NCBI GenBank assembly: GCA_965279525.1
Contig: CBDIIB010000004.1
Span: 448,001-512,000 of the forward strand
Direction: 5' to 3'
DNA from: Tagaea sp.
GTDB lineage: Bacteria > Pseudomonadota > Alphaproteobacteria > CACIAM-22H2
DNA length: 64,000 nt
Shown here: piece after piece, positions 1 to 9,819 of the stretch
Layout: every line of letters starts with the position of its first letter
Position numbering within the stretch: position 1 is the first letter of the stretch
Program-made: the position numbers and the translations under genes
The notes under the pieces: model-generated
What the model was told of the DNA's origin: nothing
The model's database searches: none
Seen by the model: only the letters and a program-made list of their open reading frames with translations

Positions 1-1463
1 AGCGGGCACACCCAGTAGACGCGCGCCCCCTTGTCGATCTGGCGCGCAATGCCGTCGATCACGTCATCCATGCGTTCGAGCGGCAGCGCCACGGTCTTGA
101 TCGGCTTGCGGCCCGGCGGCTTCTCGGGAAGCTTCGAATTGTCCATGTCGCCGTAGGCGCACATCACCAACGTGCGCGGGATCGGCGTGGCGGTCATGAT
201 CAGCGTGTCGACCTCGCCGTCCTCCGACAGGCCCTTGGCGGCGAAGGCGACGCGCTGGTGCACGCCGAAGCGGTGCTGCTCGTCGATGACGGCAAGGCCG
301 AGCTCCTTGAACTCGACGCTCTCCTCGAACAGCGCATGCGTGCCGACCACCGCCGAAATGCGCCCCGAGGCGAGCCCTTCGAGCACGGCGGCCTTCGCCT
401 TGCCCTTGTCGCGCCCGGTCAGCACCGCCACTTCGATACCGGCAAGTTCGGCAAGCGGGCGGATCGTGTCGTAGTGCTGGCGCGCGAGGATCTCGGTCGG
501 CGCCATCAGGGCGGCCTGCAATCCGCATTCGACGGCGGCGAGCATCGCGAGGAACGCGACCACGGTCTTGCCGCTACCCACGTCGCCTTGCAGCAGGCGC
601 TGCATGCGGCCCGGTGCCGCCATGTCGCCGAGGATTTCGGCGAGGGCCTGGAGCTGCGAGCCCGTCAGCTTGAAGGGCAGGGCTTTCAGCACCGTTTCGC
701 GCAAACGTCCGTCGCCCTTGATCGCGCGCCCCTTGCGCCGCTTCTGGCTGAGGCGGACGAGGGCAAGCGCCATCTGGTTGGCGAGGAGTTCGTCGTAGGC
801 GAGCCGGCGGCGCCAGGCCGTATCGGCCCGCGTGTCGGCCTCGTCGGCCGGTGCGTGCGCGCGCTCGATGGCGGCGCGCCAGGTCGGCCAGCCTTCGCGC
901 GCGACGAGGGCGGCGTCGGCCCATTCTGGCAGCTCGGGCGCCTTGGCGATCGCCGCGCGCGTGGCCTTGGCAAGCAGCTTGGGCGACAGGCCGGCCGTCA
1001 GGCCGTAGACCGGCTCGACCGTCGCGATCTCGTCGAACTTGTCCGGCGGGCCGATATGGTCGGGATGGGCCATCTGCACGTCGTCGCGGAAGCGTTCGAC
1101 CCGGCCGCTGACGATGCGCGTCTCGCCCACGGGGAGCTGGCGCTCCAGATAGTCGCCCTTGGCATGGAAGAAGACGAGATCGATGGGCCCGGAATCATCC
1201 TCGCAGCGCACCTTGTAGGGAAGGCGCGGCGTGCGCGGCTTGACGTGCGCGACCACGGTCAGGCGCAGCGTGACGATGGCGCCCGAGGGCGCGTCGGCCA
1301 CCGGGGGCGAGAAGCGCCGGTCGACCAGGCCGGTCGGCAGGTGCCACAGCAGGTCGACCAGATGCGGGCCTGCCGCGCGCTCGACCAACGGCGCGATCTT
1401 CGGCCCGACACCGGGCAAAGTGCGCACGTCGGCAAAAAGCGGGAATAGGATCTGCGGACGCAT
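1..1463 (-). CDS. recG: ATP-dependent DNA helicase RecG (3' part runs off window)
   Basis: Manual translation from ATG 1463: MRPQILFPLFADVRTLPGVGPK...; motifs LLQGDVGSGKT, DEQHRFGV, MTATPIPRTL; divergent from sdhE-mfd as typical in alphaproteobacteria. Confidence 0.95.
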   Translation of the reverse strand, partial: MRPQILFPLFADVRTLPGVGPKIAPLVERAAGPHLVDLLWHLPTGLVDRRFSPPVADAPSGAIVTLRLTVVAHVKPRTPRLPYKVRCEDDSGPIDLVFFHAKGDYLERQLPVGETRIVSGRVERFRDDVQMAHPDHIGPPDKFDEIATVEPVYGLTAGLSPKLLAKATRAAIAKAPELPEWADAALVAREGWPTWRAAIERAHAPADEADTRADTAWRRRLAYDELLANQMALALVRLSQKRRKGRAIKGDGRLRETVLKALPFKLTGSQLQALAEILGDMAAPGRMQRLLQGDVGSGKTVVAFLAMLAAVECGLQAALMAPTEILARQHYDTIRPLAELAGIEVAVLTGRDKGKAKAAVLEGLASGRISAVVGTHALFEESVEFKELGLAVIDEQHRFGVHQRVAFAAKGLSEDGEVDTLIMTATPIPRTLVMCAYGDMDNSKLPEKPPGRKPIKTVALPLERMDDVIDGIARQIDKGARVYWVCP

Positions 1464-1541
1464 GGGAGTGACGGTTCCGGCGGAGGGTGACAGCGTGGTC
1501 CAAGCCCGCTATATCCATGCCCCGATTCCAGCCAGGCCGCC

Positions 1542-1805
1542 ATGAGCGAATCTTTGGAAGCGCGCCGCAAGCGCTTGATCCACCGCAGCGTTTATACCGG
1601 CATGAAGGAGACCGACATCCTGCTCGGGACCTTCGCGCGCGCGCATGTGCCCGGATTCACGGCCGAACAGCTCGACAGCTACGATAAGCTCCTCCAGGCG
1701 GGCGATCCGAACATCCTCGACTGGGCCATGGGCCGGGCCGATCCGCCGGCTGAATACGAGAGCGACGTGCTACAGCTCCTTATCAACTTCAAACTACCCC
1801 TATAA
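1542..1805 (+). CDS. sdhE: Succinate dehydrogenase assembly factor 2 (SdhE/Sdh5 family)
   Basis: 87 aa; RRKRLIHRS..GMKETDILLG resembles the RGxxE motif (here TGMKE); located between recG and mfd. Confidence 0.85.
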   Translation: MSESLEARRKRLIHRSVYTGMKETDILLGTFARAHVPGFTAEQLDSYDKLLQAGDPNILDWAMGRADPPAEYESDVLQLLINFKLPL

Positions 1806-1809
1806 GCCA

Positions 1810-4800
1810 TTGCTGAAACTATCATTCGACAATCGTCTCAAGGCCGGCCAACGCCTCGAGGTGGCGGGTGCGCCACCCGGCGTCGATGCCGGGGTGCTGG
1901 CGGCCCTGCTGCGCCAGGGCAGCGACGTGATCCACGTCGCGCGCGACGACGCGCGCGTGTCCGTGCTGGCCGAAGCGCTGGCCTTCGCAGGCGCCCGGGC
2001 GACCGTGCTGGGCTTCCCGGCGTGGGACTGCCTGCCTTACGACCGTGTCTCCCCCAACGGCGACGTGGTCAGCCGCCGGCTCGACGCGCTTGTCGACCTC
2101 GCCCAGCCGCCGGATGCCGGTGTCGGGCGGCGGATCGTGCTGACGACCGTCAACGCGATCACCCAGCGCGTCCCGGCCCGTGCGCGCTTCGCCGACGCGG
2201 TGTTCGTCGCCCGGCTCGGCGGCAAGCTGCGGCTCGACGAACTCGGCGCCTTCCTCGTGCGCGACGGCTACCGCCGCTCGGAAACCGTGCGCGAACCGGG
2301 CGAATATGCGCTGCGCGGCGGCATCGTCGACCTGTTCCCGCCGGGCCTGTCCGAACCGGTGCGCATCGACCTTTTCGGCGACACGATCGAACAGATCCGC
2401 CGCTTCGATCCGATGAGCCAGAAGAGCACCGGCAAGCTCGACGCGTTCGCGCTGAAGCCCGTCAGCGAAGTGCTGCTCGATCCGGCATCGATCGAGCGCT
2501 TCCGGCTCGGTTATCGCGAGAATTTCGGCGCCGTCGACGACCGCGACGCGCTCTATGCCGCCGTGTCAGCCGGCCAGCGCTATGCCGGCCTCGAACACTG
2601 GCTGCCGCTGTTCCATGACGGGCTGGAAACGCTGTTCGACTATCTGCCGAGCGCCGTCGTCAGCCTCGACGCGCAGGTGGACGAGGCGGCGGCCGCACGG
2701 TTCGAACAGATCGACGAGTTCTTCGAGGCGCGCAAGCTCGCCCGCGAGGCGTTCCGGCGCGGCCAGTCGGCCGACAAGTTCGGCGAGACGGCGACGAGCT
2801 ACAACCCGCTACCGCCCGATGCGCTTTATCTGAAATCCAAGGAATGGACGAAGCTGCTGGCCACGCGCGCGGTCGTGGCACTCACGCCGTTCGCGCGGCC
2901 TGTTGCGGCGGATTGCCTCGATGCCGGCGGGCGCGGGGGCATCGATTTCTCGGCCGACCGCGCCAAGACCGACACCAACCTGTTCGATGCCGTGCGCGCG
3001 CGCGTGGCGGCCGAGCGGGTCGCGGGCCGGCGCGTGCTGGTCTGCGCCTATTCGGCCGGATCGCGCGAGCGGCTCGCACACCTGCTGCACGAGCACGGTC
3101 TCAGCGAGACGGCCGTCGTCAAGAATGTCGACGAGTTGGAGGCGCTGCCCGATCAGGTCGTCGCCACGACCGTGCTGGGCCTCGAAAACGGCTTCACGAC
3201 CGACACCATCGCCGCGATCACCGAACAGGACGTGCTCGGCGACCGGCTGGTGCGTGCCGCACGCAAGCGCCGCCGGCCCGAGAATTTCCTCACCGAGGCG
3301 GCCGCGCTGGGCGAAGGCGATCTCGTCGTGCATGTCGATCACGGGATCGGGCGCTATGACGGGCTGGTCACCATCGACGTGGCGGGCGCGCCGCACGACT
3401 GCCTGCGCATCCTCTATGCCGACAACGACAAGCTCTTCGTGCCGGTCGAGAACATCGAGATGCTGTCGCGCTTCGGCTCGGAAGAGGCGGGGGCACAGCT
3501 CGACAAGCTCGGCGGGGCCGGCTGGCAGGCGCGCAAGGCACGCGTCAAGAAGCGCGTGGCCGAGATCGCCGACCAGCTCATCAAGCTGGCTGCCGAACGG
3601 CGCATGAAGGACGGCGAGCGCCTCGCCCCGCCCGACGGGCTGTTCGACGAGTTCTGCGCGCGCTTCCCCTATGTCGAGACCGAGGACCAGGCGCGCGCGA
3701 TTTCCGACACGCTCGAGGATCTTGCCGCCGGCAAGCCGATGGACCGGCTCATCTGCGGCGACGTGGGCTTCGGAAAGACCGAGGTGGCGCTGCGCGCGGC
3801 CTTCGTGGCGGCGATGGCCGGCGTGCAGGTCGCGGTCGTGGTGCCCACCACGCTGCTCGCCCGCCAGCATTTCCGAAATTTCAAGGCCCGCTTCGAGGGC
3901 TTCCCGATCCGCATCGCGCAGCTTTCGCGCCTCGTCAACGCCAAGGACCAGCAGCAGGCGCGCGAGGACGCGGAAGCCGGCCGCGTCGAGATCGTCGTCG
4001 GCACGACCGCGTTGCTCGCCAAGTCGATCAAGTTCAAGCAGCTCGGGCTCGTCGTCGTCGACGAGGAGCAGCATTTCGGCGTCGCGCAGAAGGAGCGACT
4101 CAAGGAACTGCGCGCCGACGTGCATGTGCTGACACTATCGGCCACGCCGATCCCGCGCACGCTCCAGATGGCGCTGGCCGGCGTGCGCGACCTGTCGCTG
4201 ATCGCGAGCCCGCCGGTGGATCGCCTCGCCGTGCGCAGTTTCGTGCTGCCGTTCGACCCGGTCGTCATCCGCGAAGCGATCATGCGCGAGAAGTTCCGCG
4301 GCGGGCAGGTGTTCTATGTCGTGCCGCGCATCGAGGATCTGGGTGCGGTGCGCGACCGTCTCCAGCAGGTGGTGCCGGAGTGCAAGATCGCCATCGCCCA
4401 CGGCCAGCTTGCCCCCGGCCAGATCGAGGACGTGATGGTGGGGTTCGTCGACGGCAGCTACGACATCATGCTGTCGACCAACATCATCGAAAGCGGCCTC
4501 GACATCCCGAGCGCCAACACGATCATCATCCACCGCGCCGACATGTTCGGCCTGGCCCAGCTCTATCAGCTGCGCGGGCGCGTGGGCCGCGCCAAGCTGC
4601 GCGCCTATGCCTATTTCACCGTGCCCGGCGACAAGGTACTGACGGCCGGCGCCCAGAAGCGGCTCGAAGTCATGCAGACGCTCGACAGCCTCGGGGCGGG
4701 CTTCCAGCTCGCCTCCTACGATCTCGACATCCGCGGGGCGGGGAACCTGCTGGGCGAGGAACAGTCGGGCCATATCCGCGAGGTGGGCGTCGAGCTCTAC

Positions 4801-5313
4801 CAGCAGATGCTCGAAGACGCCGTGCATGCCGCACGCGTCGCCGGCCCGAAGACGGCGGTCGACGAATGGGCGCCGCAGATCGGCATCGGCACGCCCGTGC
4901 TGATCCCGGACACCTACGTCGAGGATCTCAACGTGCGCCTCGGCCTCTACCGGCGCATCGCCACGCTAGTCGAGCGCGTCGAGATCGACGCGTTCGCCGC
5001 CGAGCTCGTCGACCGCTTCGGCAAGCTGCCGGCCGAAGTGCAGAACCTGCTCGACATCATCGAACTGAAGCGCCTGTGCAAGGCGGCCGGCGTGGACAAG
5101 GTCGATGCCGGGCCCAAGGGGGCCGTCATCGGCTTCCGCAAGAACAAGTTCGCCCAGCCCGAGCGGCTCATCCAGCTCGTGTTCAAGCAGCCGACGGTGC
5201 TGAAGCTGCGCCCCGACCACAAGCTCGTCTATCTGCGCGCGTGGGATGACCCGGCCGACCGGCTGAAGGGCATGCGCAAATTTCTGGGCGAACTGGCCAA
5301 GCTCGTCGCCTAG
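1810..5313 (+). CDS. mfd: Transcription-repair coupling factor Mfd
   Basis: PAWDCLPYDRVSP, VHVDHGIGRY, CGDVGFGKTEVA, DEEQHFGV, QLRGRVGR, C-terminal TRCF domain; TTG start at 1810 is inferred. Confidence 0.97.
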   Translation: MLKLSFDNRLKAGQRLEVAGAPPGVDAGVLAALLRQGSDVIHVARDDARVSVLAEALAFAGARATVLGFPAWDCLPYDRVSPNGDVVSRRLDALVDLAQPPDAGVGRRIVLTTVNAITQRVPARARFADAVFVARLGGKLRLDELGAFLVRDGYRRSETVREPGEYALRGGIVDLFPPGLSEPVRIDLFGDTIEQIRRFDPMSQKSTGKLDAFALKPVSEVLLDPASIERFRLGYRENFGAVDDRDALYAAVSAGQRYAGLEHWLPLFHDGLETLFDYLPSAVVSLDAQVDEAAAARFEQIDEFFEARKLAREAFRRGQSADKFGETATSYNPLPPDALYLKSKEWTKLLATRAVVALTPFARPVAADCLDAGGRGGIDFSADRAKTDTNLFDAVRARVAAERVAGRRVLVCAYSAGSRERLAHLLHEHGLSETAVVKNVDELEALPDQVVATTVLGLENGFTTDTIAAITEQDVLGDRLVRAARKRRRPENFLTEAAALGEGDLVVHVDHGIGRYDGLVTIDVAGAPHDCLRILYADNDKLFVPVENIEMLSRFGSEEAGAQLDKLGGAGWQARKARVKKRVAEIADQLIKLAAERRMKDGERLAPPDGLFDEFCARFPYVETEDQARAISDTLEDLAAGKPMDRLICGDVGFGKTEVALRAAFVAAMAGVQVAVVVPTTLLARQHFRNFKARFEGFPIRIAQLSRLVNAKDQQQAREDAEAGRVEIVVGTTALLAKSIKFKQLGLVVVDEEQHFGVAQKERLKELRADVHVLTLSATPIPRTLQMALAGVRDLSLIASPPVDRLAVRSFVLPFDPVVIREAIMREKFRGGQVFYVVPRIEDLGAVRDRLQQVVPECKIAIAHGQLAPGQIEDVMVGFVDGSYDIMLSTNIIESGLDIPSANTIIIHRADMFGLAQLYQLRGRVGRAKLRAYAYFTVPGDKVLTAGAQKRLEVMQTLDSLGAGFQLASYDLDIRGAGNLLGEEQSGHIREVGVELYQQMLEDAVHAARVAGPKTAVDEWAPQIGIGTPVLIPDTYVEDLNVRLGLYRRIATLVERVEIDAFAAELVDRFGKLPAEVQNLLDIIELKRLCKAAGVDKVDAGPKGAVIGFRKNKFAQPERLIQLVFKQPTVLKLRPDHKLVYLRAWDDPADRLKGMRKFLGELAKLVA

Positions 5314-5987
5314 CCGCACTTTCCCCAGTCGCGCGCGTAGGCCGCGTTCGTGTCCATCGCGGCGTGCCGGGAATTCGCGGCGGCGAGTGCCCCCTGAAAC
5401 GCATCGCCGATGGGCTTGGCAAGCATCTGCTTGTAGCGTTCGCCGACCACCTGCGGGCTGATGTTCTCGCCCTCCATCGTCGGCAGGGCCGGGATGAAGG
5501 CGGCAAGAACCTGCTCGATGCGCCGCTTGGCATCCTCGATGCAGTCGAGATTGATGCGCGCATGGCGGTTCTCGTGCTCGAGCACCACCTCGCGCCGGCA
5601 GGTCGCGACCTGGGTGGCGTCGCGCGCCACATAGACATGGTGCGCTTCCATGCCGACATCCACCTCGATGCGGGCGGGCTTCATGCAGCTGCGCTTGCCG
5701 TCACGCTTGCCGTTGAGCGTGATCAGCCAGTTGGTCTGGAAATTCGCCGTCGTCAGGCCGGCGGGCCGCTTGCCGTGCTGGGTGAGCGTGCCCTTGGGGC
5801 CGGCGCGCTCGGCCGTGATGCGGGCGAGATCGGCGATGGTCAACGAATAATCGTAGCTCGGCGCCTTCGGGCGCGGACGCACGATGATCGCCGCCTTCTC
5901 CGACGGGCACAGCGGCGACTGCGCTTGCGCATCGCTTGCGGCGAACGCGACGAGCCCGCCCAGGAACGCGCGGCGCGTCAGGCACAC
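5310..5987 (-). CDS. Putative Tat-exported HExxH protein (DUF922-like Zn-peptidase fold)
   Basis: TRRAFL twin-arginine signal, AQA cleavage site, HENRH motif, several Cys; GTG start inferred. Confidence 0.55.
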   Translation of the reverse strand: MCLTRRAFLGGLVAFAASDAQAQSPLCPSEKAAIIVRPRPKAPSYDYSLTIADLARITAERAGPKGTLTQHGKRPAGLTTANFQTNWLITLNGKRDGKRSCMKPARIEVDVGMEAHHVYVARDATQVATCRREVVLEHENRHARINLDCIEDAKRRIEQVLAAFIPALPTMEGENISPQVVGERYKQMLAKPIGDAFQGALAAANSRHAAMDTNAAYARDWGKCG

Positions 5988-6003
5988 GCAGCCGGACAGG
6001 AGC

Positions 6004-6642
6004 CTACTGGGCGGCGGCACTTTCGCGCACGCGCTGGAACACTTGCGCGAATGTCTCGGGCGGCTGCGCGCCGGAGACCATGAATTTCCGGTCGACGACG
6101 AAGCATGGCACGCCATTGATACCGATCTTGCGCGCGAACGCGTCTTCCTCGCGGATCAGTTCGTCGTCCTCGTCCGACACGAGGTAGGCGCGCACGGAAG
6201 CCGCGTCGAGGCCGCAGCCGGCCGCCACGTCGACCAGCACGTCGACATCGCCAACGTCGAGCGCCTTGACGAAATAGGCGAGGAACAGTGCTTCGACGAC
6301 CGCATCCTGTTGGCCGGCACGCTCGGCGAAACGGTTGAGCCGGTGGGCGCGCACCGTGTTGGGCGTGCGCTGCATGCGGTCGAACGCGAAGGGGATGCCT
6401 TCTTCGAGACCGGCGGCGATCACGTGTTGGTAGCGGTTGCCGCCGTCGGAATCGCCGAACTTGGCGCGCAGATAGTCTTTTCGCGACATGCCGTCGGCCG
6501 GCATTTCCGGATTGAGCTGGAACGGCCGCCAGCCCACCTCGACGCTGCCCGGCGGCTCGGCGGCGAGCGCTCGTTCCAGCCGGCGTTTGCCGATATAGCA
6601 CCACGGGCAGATCACGTCGGAGACGATGTCGATCTTGATCAT
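6004..6642 (-). CDS. DsbA-family oxidoreductase (FrnE-like)
   Basis: SDVICPWCYIG, PFQLNP, GINGVPCF, SGAQP. Confidence 0.9.
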   Translation of the reverse strand: MIKIDIVSDVICPWCYIGKRRLERALAAEPPGSVEVGWRPFQLNPEMPADGMSRKDYLRAKFGDSDGGNRYQHVIAAGLEEGIPFAFDRMQRTPNTVRAHRLNRFAERAGQQDAVVEALFLAYFVKALDVGDVDVLVDVAAGCGLDAASVRAYLVSDEDDELIREEDAFARKIGINGVPCFVVDRKFMVSGAQPPETFAQVFQRVRESAAAQ

Positions 6643-6667
6643 CGGCCGAATCCTAGCATCTGGAGCG

Positions 6668-6696
6668 TTGACGGGGTAGCGCGGTCTGCCGACAAT
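6668..6696 (+). promoter_or_regulatory. Sigma70-type promoter of the lva-like operon
   Basis: TTGACG-N17-GACAAT, followed by GGAGGA RBS before the TTG start at 6726. Confidence 0.5.
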
Positions 6697-6725
6697 CGTA
6701 TGTCGTCAGTCCGGGAGGAAATGAC

Positions 6726-8384
6726 TTGGCCGCCAGACGAAAAACCAAACGCACCGTCGCGTCGATGTACGAGGCCGACCTCGGCAAGGTCGCGGCGAAC
6801 CACGAGCCGCTGACGCCGATCTCGTTCCTGTTCCGCTCGGCCGCGGTCTATCCGCGCAAGGTCGCGGTCGTGCACGGGCGCGCGCGACATACCTACGCGC
6901 AGTTCGCCGCGCGCGTGCGCCGGTTCGCGGACGCGCTGGTCAAGAACGGCCTGAAGCGCGGCGAGACCGTCGCGGTGATGGCGCCCAACGTGCCGGCGAT
7001 GCTGGCGGCGCACTATGCCGTGCCGCTCGCCGGTGGCGTTCTCAACGCGCTGAACTATCGGCTCGACGCGGCGACGATCGCCTTCATCCTCGAACACGGG
7101 GCCGCCAAGATCCTGCTGGTCGACCGCGAGTTCGCGCCCACGGTCCAGGCGGCACTGGAGAAGGTGAAGAAGAAGCCGCTCGTGATCGACATCGACGACC
7201 GCGAATACAAGGGCGAGGGCCCGCGCCTGAGTGCGGTCGAGTACGAGGAATTCCTCAAGCAGGGGCGCCCGGACTATGAGGGCCGCTGGCCGACCGACGA
7301 ATGGCAGGCGATCTGCCTGCTCTACACGTCCGGCACCACGGGCGATCCCAAGGGCGTCGTCTACCATCACCGCGGCGCCTATCTCAACGCGCTGGGCAAC
7401 GCGCTGGCCTTCGGCGTGCGGCCCGACAGCGTCTATCTGTGGACGCTGCCGATGTTCCACTGCTCGGGCTGGAGCTATACGTGGGCGGTCACGGCGGTCG
7501 GCGGCACGCATGTCTGCCTGCGCCGCGTCGATCCGGCCCTCATCTTTCCGTCGATCCGCGACAATGGCGTGACGCACATGTGCGGGGCACCCATCGTGCT
7601 CAACACGCTGGCCCATGCACCCGCCGACGTGAAGCTTGCCTTGCCGCACCGGGTCGAGGTGATGACCGGCGGTGCCGCCCCGCCGTCGGCGATCATCGCG
7701 TCGATGGAGGCGATGGGTTTCCGCGTCACGCACGCCTACGGCCTGACCGAAAGCTACGGCCCCGCGACCTTGTGCGAGTGGCAGCCGGGCTGGCCCGACC
7801 TGCCCGTCGACGAGCGTGCAAGACTGATGGCGCGCCAGGGCGTGGGCTATCCCACGCTGGGCGCACTTGCGGTGCTCGACGCGAAGTCGAAGCCGGTCCC
7901 CGCCGACGGGCAGACGATGGGCGAGATCGCACTTCGCGGCAACACGGTGATGAAGGGCTATCTCAAGAACCCGAAGGCGACGCGCAAGGCGTTCAAGGGC
8001 GGCTGGTTCCGCACCGGCGATCTCGCCGTCCGACACCAGGACGGATACATCGAGGTCAAGGACCGCTCGAAGGACGTGATCATTTCCGGTGGCGAGAATA
8101 TTTCTTCCCTCGAGGTCGAGGAGGCGCTCTACCGGCACCCGGCCGTCATGGAAGCAGCCGTCGTCGCCAAGCCGGACGAGAAATGGGGCGAAACGCCCTG
8201 CGCCTTCATCACGCTGAAGCCCGGCGTGACGGGCATCAGCGGTGCGGAGATGATCGACTGGCTGCGCGGGCGCATCGCGCGGTACAAGTGTCCGCGCCAC
8301 GTCGTGTTCGGCGCGCTGCCCAAGACGTCGACCGGCAAGATCCAGAAATACGCGCTGCGCGCGCGGGCAAGGGAGATCGTTTGA
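6726..8384 (+). CDS. Acyl-CoA synthetase (LvaE-like)
   Basis: ANHEPLTPISFL, YTSGTTGDPKGV, YLWTLPMFHC, YGLTE, PKTSTGKIQK. Confidence 0.9.
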   Translation: MAARRKTKRTVASMYEADLGKVAANHEPLTPISFLFRSAAVYPRKVAVVHGRARHTYAQFAARVRRFADALVKNGLKRGETVAVMAPNVPAMLAAHYAVPLAGGVLNALNYRLDAATIAFILEHGAAKILLVDREFAPTVQAALEKVKKKPLVIDIDDREYKGEGPRLSAVEYEEFLKQGRPDYEGRWPTDEWQAICLLYTSGTTGDPKGVVYHHRGAYLNALGNALAFGVRPDSVYLWTLPMFHCSGWSYTWAVTAVGGTHVCLRRVDPALIFPSIRDNGVTHMCGAPIVLNTLAHAPADVKLALPHRVEVMTGGAAPPSAIIASMEAMGFRVTHAYGLTESYGPATLCEWQPGWPDLPVDERARLMARQGVGYPTLGALAVLDAKSKPVPADGQTMGEIALRGNTVMKGYLKNPKATRKAFKGGWFRTGDLAVRHQDGYIEVKDRSKDVIISGGENISSLEVEEALYRHPAVMEAAVVAKPDEKWGETPCAFITLKPGVTGISGAEMIDWLRGRIARYKCPRHVVFGALPKTSTGKIQKYALRARAREIV

Positions 8385-9148
8385 GTTCCATCTTCGACCT
8401 CGCCGGCAAGGTCGCCCTCGTGACGGGGGCCTCGTCCGGTCTCGGCCGCCACATGGCGCTGACGCTCGCGCGGGCAGGGGCCCGCGTGGCGCTTGCCGCC
8501 CGCCGGGTCGACCGGCTGGAAGAACTCGCCGCCGAGATCGCCGCCTTCGACGGCCGCGCCCTTCCCGTTGCGATGGACGTGACCGACAGTGCCAGCGTCA
8601 CGCGCGCGATCGCGGAAGCCGAAACCGAACTTGGCGGGCTTGCCATCTGCGTCAACAACGCCGGCATCGCGCTGAAGGAGGACCTCGCCGACATCGACGA
8701 TCCGGCTTGGGCGCAGACGATGGCGACCAACCTCGACGGCGCCAACCGCGTGGCGCGCGCGGCCGCCGCCGCGATGGTCGCGCACGGGCATGGCGGGTCG
8801 ATCGTCAACATCGCGTCGATCCTGGGGCTGCGCACCAGCGTCCGCGTTCCAGCCTATGCGGCGGCGAAGGCAGCAATCATCAGCCTGACGCAGACCATGG
8901 CGCTGGGCCATGCGAAATCCGGCATCCGCGTCAACGCGATCGCGCCCGGCTACATCGAGACCGATCTCAATCGCGCCTATCTGCAGACGCCCGCCGGTGC
9001 CAAGATGGTCGCGCGCGTGGCGCTGGCACGATTCGGCCAGCCGGCCGATCTCGACGGCGCGCTCCTGCTTCTCGCCTCGGACGCCGGACGCTACATGACG
9101 GGCACGACTCTCGTCGTCGACGGCGGCCATACCCTCGCTTTCCTCTGA
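8381..9148 (+). CDS. SDR-family oxidoreductase (LvaD-like by context)
   Basis: TGASSGLG, NNAG, YAAAK; TTG start overlaps upstream stop. Confidence 0.9.
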   Translation: MSSIFDLAGKVALVTGASSGLGRHMALTLARAGARVALAARRVDRLEELAAEIAAFDGRALPVAMDVTDSASVTRAIAEAETELGGLAICVNNAGIALKEDLADIDDPAWAQTMATNLDGANRVARAAAAAMVAHGHGGSIVNIASILGLRTSVRVPAYAAAKAAIISLTQTMALGHAKSGIRVNAIAPGYIETDLNRAYLQTPAGAKMVARVALARFGQPADLDGALLLLASDAGRYMTGTTLVVDGGHTLAFL

Positions 9149-9162
9149 ACGGAGACCCCACG

Positions 9163-9807
9163 ATGATCGTCGACGTCCGCACCTACACCGCATTTCCGGG
9201 CAAACTGCCGGCCTATTTCGCCGAGTATCCTGTGGAGGCGTTCGACGTGCAGAAGCGCCATCTGGGCGCGCCGCTGGGCTACTATCATGTCGACGTCGGT
9301 ACGGTGAACACGCTCATCCACATCTGGGGCTACAAGGACATCGCCGACCGCCAGGCGCGCCGCGACGCGATGGCCGCCGATCCGGCGTGGAAGGCGTGGC
9401 TCGCCCAGGGGCAGGGCCGCTTCGCGTCGCAGGAAAACCGGATCATGAAGCCGGCACCTTTCTGGCCGATGCCGGGCCAGCCTTCGGGCAGCTACGGGCT
9501 TGTCGACTATCGCCTCTACACCACGTTCCACGGCAAGGCGCCGGAGTTCATGAAGGTCTACGAGACCAAGGGCCTCGCGACCCAACTCAAGCATCTGGGC
9601 AATTGCGTGGGCTGGTATCAGGCGGACATCGGCGGACTCAACCAGGTCCTGCACATGTGGGGTTACAAGGACGCGGCGGACCGCCAGACGCGCCGCGCCG
9701 CGATGGCGGCCGATCCCGCATGGGGCGAATACCTGAAGGCCGCCACGCCGCTGCTGGCTCGGATGGAAACCCAGCTGCTGCTCAACGCGCCCTTCTTCAA
9801 GCCGTAA
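9163..9807 (+). CDS. Tandem NIPSNAP-domain protein
   Basis: Two repeats of DxRxYT...HxWGYKDxADRQxRRxAMAADPAW; GGAG RBS. Confidence 0.85.
   Translation: MIVDVRTYTAFPGKLPAYFAEYPVEAFDVQKRHLGAPLGYYHVDVGTVNTLIHIWGYKDIADRQARRDAMAADPAWKAWLAQGQGRFASQENRIMKPAPFWPMPGQPSGSYGLVDYRLYTTFHGKAPEFMKVYETKGLATQLKHLGNCVGWYQADIGGLNQVLHMWGYKDAADRQTRRAAMAADPAWGEYLKAATPLLARMETQLLLNAPFFKP
9321..9723 (+). repeat. Internal duplication encoding the two NIPSNAP domains
   Basis: ~9321-9390 and ~9654-9723 are similar at DNA level (tggggYtacaaggac...gaccgccag...gcgatggcSgccgatcc). Confidence 0.7.
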
Positions 9808-9819
9808 CGGAAACAACCG

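Noticed and set aside
6726-8384. Acyl-CoA ligase as the p-coumaroyl-CoA ligase for PYP
   Set aside because: About 8 kb away, in a separate operon, and resembles LvaE; cross-use is not excluded but unsupported
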